Shown here: positions 29,594 to 41,412 of the stretch, one piece after another
Layout of the letters: every line of letters starts with the position of its first letter
How positions within the stretch are numbered: the stretch's first letter is position 1
NCBI GenBank assembly: GCA_963676915.2
Contig: CAXXVK010000070.1
Location: forward strand, 1 to 63,941
Length of the DNA: 63,941 nucleotides
Origin: Myxococcota bacterium
Lineage (GTDB): Bacteria > Myxococcota_A > SURF-8 > G963663525
Direction: 5' to 3'
Made by a program: the position numbers and the translations under genes
The notes under the pieces: generated by a model
Database searches by the model: none
Told to the model about the DNA's origin: nothing
Seen by the model: the letters and a program-made list of their open reading frames with translations, nothing else

Positions 29594-30733
29594 TCAGCCG
29601 TTGAAGACTTTGGCGGCCGCACCGGCAGCCGTGCCCATGACCACATTATATCCGAACGACGCCAGACCTTTTTCGATGGCCGTCAGGGAGTTGTAGACAT
29701 CCCATTCGCACAGATATCCCATGTGGGAGACGCGGAAGATTTTTCCTTTGTAGGGATCTTGTCCACCCGCTACGGCTACGCCGAGATCGTCGCGCATGGA
29801 TTTGACGAACGCTTTGCCGTCGATGCCTTCGGGAACCCAGGCGCTCGTTACCGAGGCGGCGGGGGCATCCGGGGCGAACAGCTTGATGCCGATAGCTTCC
29901 AGTCCGGCGCGGGTGGCGGCGGCCATTTTTTCGGTGCGGGCAAAGAGGTTTTCCAGCCCTTCTTCCTGCATCAGACCGAGATTGTGGTTGAGTCCGATGA
30001 TCAACGTAACGGCACTCGTGAAATTGGTGGTGTCGTTTTTGTAGTGTTTTTTGCGCTCTGTGGCCAGGTCGAAATAAAAATGCGGGCATGTGGCGGTTTC
30101 GTTGAGTTTCCAGGCTTTCTCGGAAACGCCGACGACGCTCAATCCCGGAGGCAGCATCAAGGCTTTTTGCGAGCCGGAAATCATCACGTCGATGCCCCAT
30201 TTGTCCATCGGAACGTCGAACGCACCAAGCGCGGTGATGGCGTCCACCACGAGGATGGTGTTTTCACGCTGTGCGGTCAGTTTGGCGATGGCTTCGATGG
30301 GATGCGCTACGCCGGTGGAGGTTTCGCTGGCCTGAATGTAAACACCTTTGGCGTCGGGATGGTCGTCGAGGGCTTTTTGCACCACGGCGATGTCGATGGC
30401 TTGACCCCATTCGGCGGTCAATTCGATGCCTTCGATCCCGTAGGCTTTGAAAATTTTGTCCCAGCGTTCGCCGAATTTTCCAGCGTTGACGTAAATAGCC
30501 TTGTCACCGGGGGATAAAAAATTGGTGACGGAGGCTTCCATGCCGCCGGTACCGGTCGAAGCCATGACCAACACGTCGCCTTCAGTCTGGAACAACCATT
30601 TCAGTTTCTTCAACGTTTCGGCGAAAATGGCCGAGAATTGCGGCGTCCGATGGTGAATGATCGGATGAGCCATTTCCAAAAGGGTGGATTCCGGAATCAT
30701 GACCGGACCCGGCGTATAAAGATACCGTTTCAT
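29594..30733 (-). CDS. Class V PLP aminotransferase (serine-glyoxylate/phosphoserine aminotransferase type)
   Basis: YTPGP, HHRTPQF, STGTGGME, SETSTGV, VVDAI, SGSQKALMLPPGL (PLP lysine) and FRVSHMG. Confidence 0.9.
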   Translation of the reverse strand: MKRYLYTPGPVMIPESTLLEMAHPIIHHRTPQFSAIFAETLKKLKWLFQTEGDVLVMASTGTGGMEASVTNFLSPGDKAIYVNAGKFGERWDKIFKAYGIEGIELTAEWGQAIDIAVVQKALDDHPDAKGVYIQASETSTGVAHPIEAIAKLTAQRENTILVVDAITALGAFDVPMDKWGIDVMISGSQKALMLPPGLSVVGVSEKAWKLNETATCPHFYFDLATERKKHYKNDTTNFTSAVTLIIGLNHNLGLMQEEGLENLFARTEKMAAATRAGLEAIGIKLFAPDAPAASVTSAWVPEGIDGKAFVKSMRDDLGVAVAGGQDPYKGKIFRVSHMGYLCEWDVYNSLTAIEKGLASFGYNVVMGTAAGAAAKVFNG

Positions 30734-30980
30734 GACGACTCCTTTTTCAAAAAAACAAATTCAATCTCTAAACCCAAAATACCCTGTTCTCGGATGGCTT
30801 TTCAGCCAAACTTGAGTGATGTACTTCGGGATGCAAACAATGTCAAGGGTGAGTGCGAATTCGCGAACCGTGGGGGAATAATCTATCACGAAACGGGGGA
30901 AGAATACCCGATGGTTTTGCTCGTCTTTTTGAACGTTTCCCATTTGGGTCCATCGCGGCGGTGAATTTTTTGTAAAAAAA

Positions 30981-31011
30981 ATGGGTCGGGCTAATTTTTA
31001 GCCTGACCCAT
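30981..31011. repeat. REP-like palindrome, family A
   Basis: ATGGGTCGGGCTAATTTTTAGCCTGACCCAT; a near-identical core lies at 63828-63850. Confidence 0.7.
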
Positions 31012-31014
31012 ATC

Positions 31015-31093
31015 GAAGGACGGGGATTGTATCCCCGTCCACACGTTTGTCTTCTCATAGCAAAACGTGCGGAGCAGGATACAATCCTGCTCC
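31015..31093. repeat. REP-like doublet, family B, copy 1
   Basis: Hairpins GGACGGGGAT-TGT-ATCCCCGTCC and GGAGCAGGAT-ACA-ATCCTGCTCC; an inverted homolog lies at 50472-50549. Confidence 0.7.
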
Positions 31094-31153
31094 ATCGAGA
31101 CACGTAAAATCCTTGTATTTCTAAGAAAACAGCGACTTTCCCACCATTCTGAA

Positions 31154-33838
31154 TCACGCCCGTTCACCGTTGCGGATTTCGATTCTCTGGACAATCCACG
31201 AGCAGACGGTGGCGGTGACCAGCGCGAAAGTCAAGGTCCAGCCCAAGCGGTTGACCGGCAGCACCGGCACGATCTGGAGCGTAAGAAACGCCACAGCAAG
31301 TGTAAGCATGACTTTGCGCGAGGCTCTAAACGACGCCGCGAGGTCCGGTGCGCTTTTCGTGCGGACCTGGCTGACGATTACCCCGAGCGGCGGCAGCATC
31401 AAAAAGATCGCAATGGTCGTGGAATCGATCTGCAACCCGGTCAGGACGACGAACGCCAGCGTAGCGGCGGGGATCATCACGGCAGGTAGCAACGGTGTGA
31501 TCCACTTCTTGTTTCCGGAGAGAATCAGGGGGAGCAGCGCACCGAACAGAATCAACAGGCAGGCCGCCAGACCCAGGAACAGGTAAATCATCTGCTCGCG
31601 TTCGATCGCCGGTTTTACGACGGGGAAGCCCGAAACTTTCGGTTCGAAGGTGACCGGAAGGCTGGAACCGTCCCGTTTTTGTTGGAGAAAATCGTACAGC
31701 AGACCTTCGATTCGTGAACGGATCACCGAAGCGTCCGGTCTCGATTCGGGAATGGGCAGCAGACCGGCAACGGTATGGACGTGGTGGGCTTCCTGTTTCT
31801 GGAGCGCCAGTGCGTGGAGCATGGAAACGATGGAATCGAGTGTATCCTCCTCGAAACCGTTTTCTTCATCGAGCGAGCGCAGAATCATTTTCAACTCGTC
31901 ATCGCTCGCCCCGGCCAACAGACGTTGAGCCAGATGCAGACTCTGGGATGGATCGAAGTCCATGGGGGAAAGGTCGCTTTGCAGGTATTCGTCGACCTTT
32001 CGGCTGGCTTCGGTTTTCGTGGCGGTCGAGAACGGGCGGTCGGCTTCGCTGACGGCGCGGTCGAGGTTCGCATCGGCAAAGTCGAGTCGGTAGATCGATG
32101 CGATGTTCTTCAGCCGGTGACGGAGCCGAGCGTTCGGTGTGTCGAAATGCAACGTTTTGACGGCGTTTTTTGCTTTTTGAATCACGAAATCGAAATAGTT
32201 TTTCTGCTGCTTCGGATCGTCGAAGGTTTGGGGAACAATGCGGGCTACCACAAACGCCCGATCTCGTTCCGGGCTGACGAGCGGCAGAATATCTTCGTTC
32301 CCTTCGAGGAAAAACCACAGGTTTTTCAACTGTTCCCGTTCGGGAGGGATCTGGTCGCGGCGATTCATGGCGAGACTCAGATACCGCAGAATCTGGGCGA
32401 TGCAGCGAACGTCCGAAATCTCATCCATCGCCATGATCTGTTCTTCGATTTCCTCCACCCGTTTGACGTTTGCCGGTTCGCGCATATCGGCGCTGAAATC
32501 CAATTGCAGGTAGGCCGACCCCCCGAAGTTACGGTCGAAAAAGCGGTTGGCCTGACGAGTGGGCGAATCGGGCCGGAAAAGCTCTTCCATGTCCGTATAG
32601 ATATGCAGGGAAGGCAGGAAAACCGAGAAGCCGACGACGATGGCCACCACGATGACAAGGCTTTTTTTCGGGGAAAGGTGAACCGTGCGAATGGCTTTGT
32701 CCGTGATGGGCTTTCGTTGGACGTTTTTATCCAATACGGTCAACATCGGCAGGAAACCGATAGGAACGAAGAGCATCAGGCAGGCTAACCCGATAGCGCC
32801 GGAAAACGCGAAAGAGTTTAAATGTCCCAACGGCAAAAACGACAAAACCAGGAACATCGCCGCGCAAATCATTAACTTACCCATGTCCGCCGAGGGAAAA
32901 ACGGGCTTGCCGGTGGTGGAACCTTCCTCTTTGAACCATTTGCGGGAGGCGCTCGCGAACGTGATGGCGCCGAACAGAATCAGCGGGATGGCCGCTGTAC
33001 CGCTGGTAGAGTCCATCTCCATGTTCAGCAGTCCATGCAGTCCGAAACACCACAGCAGGGGAATACTTACTGCTACGGCCATGAGCGTCAACCGCCATTT
33101 GCGACCGCTCGTCCAAAACGTACCTGCAAGCAATACGATGGCAAAGATCGGAACCAGCCAGGGTAGGGCGTCGAGCACGCGCTTGACGATCTGCAACTGC
33201 ACGAACGGTCCACCGAAATAGTAGGCTTTGAGAGGACCGCGTTCGGTCTCGGTGATTTTCATCACGATCTGAGCGACTCGATCCTGGTTGGCGCTGCTGT
33301 CGAGACGTACGATAATGCTGTAGGCTTTGAAATCCCGACTGACGAAACTGCCGGGGATCTGGCTGTCGGAAAGAATCCGTTTTTTCAAGAGTTCCGTTTC
33401 TCGCTGGGTGCGGGGAAATCGGCTGAGCATCAAATCGGCGTGCAGGATGCCGTCTTCGCCTTCACGGATCGTGCTGACGTTGGTCAGGCTCCGTGCCGTG
33501 CGAACGCCCAGCTTCTTGAGATCCTCGATTTTTGCCGTGATCGTTTTCAGCCGATGGAGGGTGTCTTCGTCCAGCAACGGTTCCTCGGGATCTTCCAGGC
33601 CGATGATCAACGTACGCAACGAGCCGGAATCTCTTGTAAAATTCAGCCAGTGGGCGACATCCGGGTTGCTTTCCGGGATGTAGGCGGTGGGGTCGTCGGT
33701 AAAGACGATGCGTCCCGTACCCCACAAGGAGTAGAGGGTAAGAACCAGAGTAAGTGCCAGAAAGAAATAGGGAAAGCGCTGGCACAAGGCCGCAATGCCT
33801 GACCACATCTCGTTGCAGTGTTCGAGAAACTGTTTCAT
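31154..33838 (-). CDS. MMPL/RND-superfamily membrane protein
   Basis: Two repeats of TM + large periplasmic loop + 5 TM, with motifs RSLTNV, YYFGGPFV, FFDRNFGGS and KVSGFPVV. Confidence 0.75.
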   Translation of the reverse strand: MKQFLEHCNEMWSGIAALCQRFPYFFLALTLVLTLYSLWGTGRIVFTDDPTAYIPESNPDVAHWLNFTRDSGSLRTLIIGLEDPEEPLLDEDTLHRLKTITAKIEDLKKLGVRTARSLTNVSTIREGEDGILHADLMLSRFPRTQRETELLKKRILSDSQIPGSFVSRDFKAYSIIVRLDSSANQDRVAQIVMKITETERGPLKAYYFGGPFVQLQIVKRVLDALPWLVPIFAIVLLAGTFWTSGRKWRLTLMAVAVSIPLLWCFGLHGLLNMEMDSTSGTAAIPLILFGAITFASASRKWFKEEGSTTGKPVFPSADMGKLMICAAMFLVLSFLPLGHLNSFAFSGAIGLACLMLFVPIGFLPMLTVLDKNVQRKPITDKAIRTVHLSPKKSLVIVVAIVVGFSVFLPSLHIYTDMEELFRPDSPTRQANRFFDRNFGGSAYLQLDFSADMREPANVKRVEEIEEQIMAMDEISDVRCIAQILRYLSLAMNRRDQIPPEREQLKNLWFFLEGNEDILPLVSPERDRAFVVARIVPQTFDDPKQQKNYFDFVIQKAKNAVKTLHFDTPNARLRHRLKNIASIYRLDFADANLDRAVSEADRPFSTATKTEASRKVDEYLQSDLSPMDFDPSQSLHLAQRLLAGASDDELKMILRSLDEENGFEEDTLDSIVSMLHALALQKQEAHHVHTVAGLLPIPESRPDASVIRSRIEGLLYDFLQQKRDGSSLPVTFEPKVSGFPVVKPAIEREQMIYLFLGLAACLLILFGALLPLILSGNKKWITPLLPAVMIPAATLAFVVLTGLQIDSTTIAIFLMLPPLGVIVSQVRTKSAPDLAASFRASRKVMLTLAVAFLTLQIVPVLPVNRLGWTLTFALVTATVCSWIVQRIEIRNGERA

Positions 33839-33879
33839 GACGGACCTATCGAGGCTGGGAAGGATCGGAAAATACGGAG

Positions 33880-34470
33880 TTACTCCGCGTATTGGTCGAT
33901 GATGGCCTCCAAGGCGGCGTTATCATCGGGTGAGGTGTCGCCGAGTGGCGGTTGAGGTGTCTTGGAGAACTCTATACCGTTTGCCTTGGAATTGGCAACA
34001 GAAGATTTTCCGGTTTTTTCCGATGATGTGGATTTTTGGGGAACGGCCTCGGGTTCCCCCGCACCATGGGTGGAACGCAAAACGCTGGAACCTTGTGGCA
34101 GATCGCGAGAATTCGCGATTTGTTTGCGGGCGTTTTGTTTCCGTTTGTGATGGTTTAGGGCGTTTTTCGACGTGTTTTTGCGATAATCTCCGGTTTGTCC
34201 GGCGATGTTCTGCAGACCGTCGCTTTGCTCGGACCGCTTGAAGCCGATCGAGCCGAGGATCCCGTCATAAAAGGGTTGAAGTTTCCGTATCCCGAACAGA
34301 TGGTCTCCATGTTCGAGGGGCGTTTTGCCTTCGATGTGAAGCGCGCCCAAAGCCCAGATCACTCCCAGAACGGCAAAAACCTTCAGAACGCTCTTGGTCT
34401 TTTTCAGAAAATTCGCGAAAAAAGGCGAAGAGTTTTTTTTGGAAGATTTGGATTTACCGCGCTTTGCCAT
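33880..34470 (-). CDS. Hypothetical single-pass membrane protein
   Basis: Basic N-terminus, one hydrophobic segment, disordered C-terminus; co-oriented with the MMPL gene. Confidence 0.55.
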   Translation of the reverse strand: MAKRGKSKSSKKNSSPFFANFLKKTKSVLKVFAVLGVIWALGALHIEGKTPLEHGDHLFGIRKLQPFYDGILGSIGFKRSEQSDGLQNIAGQTGDYRKNTSKNALNHHKRKQNARKQIANSRDLPQGSSVLRSTHGAGEPEAVPQKSTSSEKTGKSSVANSKANGIEFSKTPQPPLGDTSPDDNAALEAIIDQYAE

Positions 34471-34817
34471 ATCGATTCCGAAATGTGACCATGAAATTTA
34501 TAGTCAGTATACTGATTTGAAAGCAAAATGCAAGTCTCAATCCAAACGGAATTTCGTTTTCGGCATAGAGGAGACTTTTAAGAAAGGCAGATTTGTGGAC
34601 GCTTTGACACCTAGTAGCTAAGGTTAAGAGATTCTTTAGGAATTTGTTCATTTTAGGGGCGATCTTCGCTGGGATATTGTTCTGAAGTCGTCATGATGCA
34701 TTTGACTTGTTCTCCCCTGAAACTAATGGTAATCTATTATTCGCATGGAGCCGATGCGTTCCAGCGATCCTTTTTTTCGGGGGTTCGGAATCTTTTTCCT
34801 GGGGTAATGCACGCCAT

Positions 34818-36734
34818 ATGCGTACGAATTTGTTTACAAGCGATGGCTTGGCCATCGATTTTCGGAAAATCGACGATCGGTTGAATGTCCGTCATTTGTC
34901 GGAAGTCACGATGGAAACCCTTCCGGGGGCTTCGTCGATCCTTTTGCTGAATCAGCAGGAATTCGAGCGTACGCCCTCCCGCGCCCTGATGCCTTTTATG
35001 CGTCGTGGGCTGCGCCTCATTGTGTTCAATACCGATTCTCCCGAACCACGGGTGCCGCCGGAGTTCAGCCGGGCGTTGCACGCCTGGATTCCCGTTATCG
35101 ACGAAACCTCTCGCGATTTCCTGATTACCTCGCTGGTTCGCAATGCGGTCGATCAACTGATCCTGAGAGAAAACAACCTCCGGCTGAGTTCGGATCTGGG
35201 AGAAATGACCCGCGTCGGTGCGGCGCTTTCCAGCGAAAAAGACAACACCAAGCTGCTGGATTTGATCCTGCGGCGTTCCCGGCAATTGGCCCAGGCGGAT
35301 GCCGGATCGATTTATCTTGTGGAAGAAGGCGAAAACGACGAGCGCCGCCTGCGGTTCAAGTACACGCAGAACGACTCGGTGCCGATCGAGATGTTCGAGT
35401 TCACGCTGCCGATCAACCGATCCTCCATCGCCGGATACGTTGCGATGACCGCCCGGCCGTTGATCATCAAAGATGCCTACGACATCGGCCGTGAGTATCC
35501 GTTCCAGCATCAGCGCTGGTTCGACAAAAACAACAATTATCGCACCATTTCGATTCTTACTGCCCCGATGATGAACCTCAAGGGCGAGGTGGTCGGTGTG
35601 TTGCAGTTGATCAACCGCAAGCGCGACGGCCAAGCCTTGCTGGTAGATCCGTATACGGCAATCACCATGGTGGAGCCGTTCGACGAGCAGGCTACAGCTG
35701 TGGTGGAATCGCTGGCCTCGCAGGCGGCGGTATCGCTCGAAAAAAACCTGCTGCACGAATCGATCAAAGACCTGTTCGAAGGCTTCGTCAAGGCGTCGGT
35801 AACCGCTATCGAATCTCGTGATCCAACCACCTCCGGTCACTCCGAGCGCGTGGCGCTTTTGACCGTCGAGTTGGCCAAAAAGGTGGACAAGGTTTCGAAC
35901 GGCACCTACGCTCCGACCTTGTTTTCCCAGGAAGATTTGCAGGAACTGCGGTATTCCGCTTTGCTGCACGACTTCGGTAAAGTCGGCGTTCGCGAGCATA
36001 TTCTGGTCAAAGCCGACAAGCTGCATCCGTGGCAGGCTTCCGCGATTCAGGGGCGCGAAAAGTACATTCGCAAATTGATGGAAGCCAACCTATGGCGAAA
36101 ACGATTCGAACTGCTGAAAAACGCTGACCCGCGAGAGGTGGAACGCAGACTGGCGGAGCTGGACGACGAAGACCGCCGACTTATGACACAACTCGAAGAG
36201 TACATGTCGGTGATCTGGGAGTCGAACATGCCCAAGGTTCTGGAGGGTGGAAATTTTGAGAAACTCCAGGAAATCCAGAAGTTTACCGTGTTTGATGGAG
36301 ATGAAGAAATCCATCTGCTCGAACAAGAGGAGACGGCGATTCTTTCGATTCCCAAAGGGTCGCTGACCGACGTGGAGCGGTTGGAAATCGAATCCCACGT
36401 CACGCATACCTATGAATTTTTAAAGAAAATCCCCTGGACCCGCGAACTTCGCCGGGTACCGGAAATCGCGTACGGACACCACGAACGACTCAACGGCACC
36501 GGATATCCACGAAACCTCGCGGCTCCGGAAATCCCCGTGCAATCCAAAATGATGGGCATTACCGATGTCTTCGACGCCCTGACGGCTTCGGATCGACCCT
36601 ATAAAAAAGCGATGTCCCACGAGCGCGCGTTGCAGATTATCGGTTTCGAGGTCAAGGACGGCAAACTCGACGGCGAACTGTTCGATGTATTCCGTGAATC
36701 GGAAGCCTACCGCGTCGTGGAAGAGAACTCCTGA
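34818..36734 (+). CDS. GAF + HD-GYP cyclic dinucleotide phosphodiesterase (start uncertain, 34818 or 34911)
   Basis: GAF: ADAGSIYL, SIAGYVA, VVGVLQLINRK. HD-GYP: RDPTTSGHSERVA, LLHDFGK, HHERLNGTGYP, DVFDALTASDRPYK. Confidence 0.92.
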   Translation: MRTNLFTSDGLAIDFRKIDDRLNVRHLSEVTMETLPGASSILLLNQQEFERTPSRALMPFMRRGLRLIVFNTDSPEPRVPPEFSRALHAWIPVIDETSRDFLITSLVRNAVDQLILRENNLRLSSDLGEMTRVGAALSSEKDNTKLLDLILRRSRQLAQADAGSIYLVEEGENDERRLRFKYTQNDSVPIEMFEFTLPINRSSIAGYVAMTARPLIIKDAYDIGREYPFQHQRWFDKNNNYRTISILTAPMMNLKGEVVGVLQLINRKRDGQALLVDPYTAITMVEPFDEQATAVVESLASQAAVSLEKNLLHESIKDLFEGFVKASVTAIESRDPTTSGHSERVALLTVELAKKVDKVSNGTYAPTLFSQEDLQELRYSALLHDFGKVGVREHILVKADKLHPWQASAIQGREKYIRKLMEANLWRKRFELLKNADPREVERRLAELDDEDRRLMTQLEEYMSVIWESNMPKVLEGGNFEKLQEIQKFTVFDGDEEIHLLEQEETAILSIPKGSLTDVERLEIESHVTHTYEFLKKIPWTRELRRVPEIAYGHHERLNGTGYPRNLAAPEIPVQSKMMGITDVFDALTASDRPYKKAMSHERALQIIGFEVKDGKLDGELFDVFRESEAYRVVEENS

Positions 36735-36802
36735 GAATCGTTTGGTTTTCGGTGTTTCTCAAACGATCCTCAGGAATTTCAGGTAAATAGATTGGGTACG
36801 GT

Positions 36803-38029
36803 TCAGTGCCTTCCGCCACCGCCGCCGCCGGGATTCATCATGGACTCGGTAAGCTCCGTGATGATTTCGCCGTTTACGGTTACAGTGCCGTCGTTCAACT
36901 CTCCCACACCATTAAAATCGAACGCCGAGTTGGCTTCGACATCTATCGTGCCGCCATTGATGTAAATGTCGCCGTTCGAATCGAACCCATCCGTGTCGCC
37001 ACTTCCGACTTTCACATAGATCGTCCCGCCGTTGACCTCGATGACGACGCTGTAAGCCGAACTACCTTTTGAGGCGTTGATACCGTCATCCGTGGCGTAG
37101 ATGTTGATGTCACCGTTGTTGATCTGAATAAAGGTTCCTTCGATTCCTTCGGTGCTGGTTTCGATGTCGATGATTCCACCGTTGATCTGGACATAACTGG
37201 TCCCTTGGATACCGTCATCCGCTGCGGAAATCTTCAGTGTTCCTCCTGCGATATAGATGAAACCGACAGAGTCGTCATCCTCGTTTTCGCTGTGAAGAGC
37301 ATCTTTGCCACTGTTGATGGTCAACTCTCCGTCGTTGATACAAATGGAGTCGTTGGCCTCGATGCTGTCCAGAGCCGAGGTGATGACCAAAGAACCGCCC
37401 GTGATTTTCAAATCATCTTTGGATGAAATGCCGTTTCCTTGGGACGAGACGATCTCCAGGCTTCCCGTTCCGTTCAACACAAGGTCATCTTTGCTATAAA
37501 TCACCGCGTCCAGGTTCGTGTCCCCGTCCGGCGTAAAGGTTCCGGAGACTTTCATGGTGTTGTCGCTGTATGTTGTCGTTAGGAAGACTTTATCCGCCTG
37601 TTTGACATAGATCACCGGTGAGTCTTCATTGGTCACGGACACGCCGTCCAAGACAAGCTGCACCTTCGCTTCGTCGTCCGTATCCACAACAACCGTGGCG
37701 TTCTCTACATTGCCACTGATAACGAAGACGCCTTCTTCGGTGATGGTCACCTCTTCGTCACTATTCAACTCGATGTACTCGGCTTCGGACGTATCGGCGG
37801 TTTGCTCCAGATCTCTGTCCGTGAACATTTCATCACTATCGTCGCTGATGCTGTCATAATTGTTGGTATTGGAACCACTGGAACCACTGTTGCTATCGTC
37901 GTTGACTTCGTCGTTTGGATTCGTGGTATCGCCGGAATCACTCGATCCGCAACCCGATCCCGCCAAAGTGAACAGCAGTAAAAGGCTAAGAACTACAATG
38001 TATTTGGTGTTTTTCATCTGACTTTTCAT
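36803..38029 (-). CDS. Cthe_2159/DUF4353-family carbohydrate-binding beta-helix lipoprotein
   Basis: Lipobox GSGC, VTITEEGVFVISG, KVQLVLDGVSVT, DAVIYSKDDLVLNGTGSL, repeated GG.l.I...DG units, GDTDGFDSNG. Confidence 0.85.
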   Translation of the reverse strand: MKSQMKNTKYIVVLSLLLLFTLAGSGCGSSDSGDTTNPNDEVNDDSNSGSSGSNTNNYDSISDDSDEMFTDRDLEQTADTSEAEYIELNSDEEVTITEEGVFVISGNVENATVVVDTDDEAKVQLVLDGVSVTNEDSPVIYVKQADKVFLTTTYSDNTMKVSGTFTPDGDTNLDAVIYSKDDLVLNGTGSLEIVSSQGNGISSKDDLKITGGSLVITSALDSIEANDSICINDGELTINSGKDALHSENEDDDSVGFIYIAGGTLKISAADDGIQGTSYVQINGGIIDIETSTEGIEGTFIQINNGDINIYATDDGINASKGSSAYSVVIEVNGGTIYVKVGSGDTDGFDSNGDIYINGGTIDVEANSAFDFNGVGELNDGTVTVNGEIITELTESMMNPGGGGGGRH

Positions 38030-38129
38030 TGTACATCCCTTTCTCTAAACCCTACGATTTGAACTCGTATCGTATCCCGAACCGAAGTTCCATCGACGAA
38101 AAACAGCACCAGAGGTGCGTAGCTTATTC

Positions 38130-38162
38130 AATCTAACCATATGAATCTTAAAGATTTCTTAA
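38130..38162 (-). promoter_or_regulatory. Candidate OmpR/PhoB-family operator plus -10 element
   Basis: Minus strand TTAAG-N6-TTAAG (38162-38147) followed 11 bp later by TAGATT (38135-38130). Confidence 0.45.
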
Positions 38163-38471
38163 GGCGTTGATTTCATTGGATACGGACCCCTGCACGTCAA
38201 GAAACGAATTCCCCCGGTTTTCACTGGCTTCTCGTTGATTTTGCCCGGAAAATATGGTCTTATGAGAAAAGGGGGAGTTCCTATGTGCGGCCCGGAGGGA
38301 GTCGTTTGGGGTTCAAAGGCTCGCTGCGGGGAGGAACGATTCGCTTTTCAGGCTTGAAACGCGGGGAAAACAACGTACATTATTTGGAATTCGGATGATA
38401 AACGGCCTCAGAAGTCCGTGGATGAAAACGATTGGAAAAAGGACTTCGGGACCGAGGAAAGGATTGCGATT

Positions 38472-40412
<1,941 letters not shown>

Positions 40413-40460
40413 GTGTAAAGGAAGGTACTGATTTCGCTGGGATTTCGGGAAGGTAGCACG

Positions 40461-41336
40461 ATGGGCGACAAGGAATACGACGGCATCTGGCGGTTTCGAA
40501 ACGGTGAGATCGATTTTCGGCGACGGACGGCGATTATGGGAATCGTCAACGCCACGCCGGATTCTTTTTCGGATGGTGGGCAATTTTTCGACCGGGAACG
40601 TGCGGTCGAACAAGGGCTGAAGCTTGTGGAGGATGGCGCGGATATCCTCGATATCGGAGGGGAATCGACGCGTCCCGGCTCCGAAAGCGTTTCGGTCGAA
40701 GAAGAATTGCGACGAACCGTGCCGGTGATTCGTGATCTGGCTCGAAAAGTGTCGGTACCGATTTCCATCGACACCACGAAAGCTGTCGTGGCGCGGGAAG
40801 CGGTCGAAGCCGGGGCCGAGATCGTCAACGACATCTCCGCCGGAACGTTCGATCCGGAAATGGTCGAGGTGGTTCGGTCGTTCGACCATGTGAAGTTCGT
40901 ATTGATGCATACGTTGGGAAATCCCAAGACGATGCAAAACGATCCCCGGTACGATGATGTCGTGTCCGAGGTTTTCCAGTTTTTGAAAGAGCGGGTGGAA
41001 CTCGCCGAGAAAATGGGAATCCCGCGGGAGCGCATTGCCGTAGACCCGGGAATCGGTTTTGGAAAGACGCTGGAACACAATCTGTTGTTGCAGAGAAGGT
41101 TGAGTCATTTCAAAACATTGGGATGCCCGGTGTTGTTGGGTGCATCGCGTAAATCGTTTATCGGGTTGCTTACCGGTTTGCCGGTGGATCAGCGTTTGGA
41201 AGGCTCGTTGGCGAGTTTCGCATTGGGGGTTGCCAACGGAGCGGACATCATCCGGGTGCATGATGTGAAGGAAAGCCACGCGATGCGCCTTGTTGCGGAT
41301 GCCATTGTTGGAAAAAGGTCGGAATTTTCATTGTAA
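40461..41336 (+). CDS. folP: Dihydropteroate synthase
   Basis: IMGIVNATPDSFSDGG, DIGGESTRPG, DPGIGFGK, SRKSF and RVHDV. Confidence 0.97.
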   Translation: MGDKEYDGIWRFRNGEIDFRRRTAIMGIVNATPDSFSDGGQFFDRERAVEQGLKLVEDGADILDIGGESTRPGSESVSVEEELRRTVPVIRDLARKVSVPISIDTTKAVVAREAVEAGAEIVNDISAGTFDPEMVEVVRSFDHVKFVLMHTLGNPKTMQNDPRYDDVVSEVFQFLKERVELAEKMGIPRERIAVDPGIGFGKTLEHNLLLQRRLSHFKTLGCPVLLGASRKSFIGLLTGLPVDQRLEGSLASFALGVANGADIIRVHDVKESHAMRLVADAIVGKRSEFSL

Positions 41337-41412
41337 TTCAAAGAGTCGGTTCCTGAATCACGCACGGTGCAAAGCCATGGTCGCACCGTGATTTTGCGGG
41401 AGAATTCGAAAC

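Noticed and set aside
30734-30960. Possible ZMP/ZTP or glycine riboswitch upstream of the serine-purine operon
   Set aside because: No conserved aptamer sequence was recognised; only a TTGACA with a weak -10 element is present.
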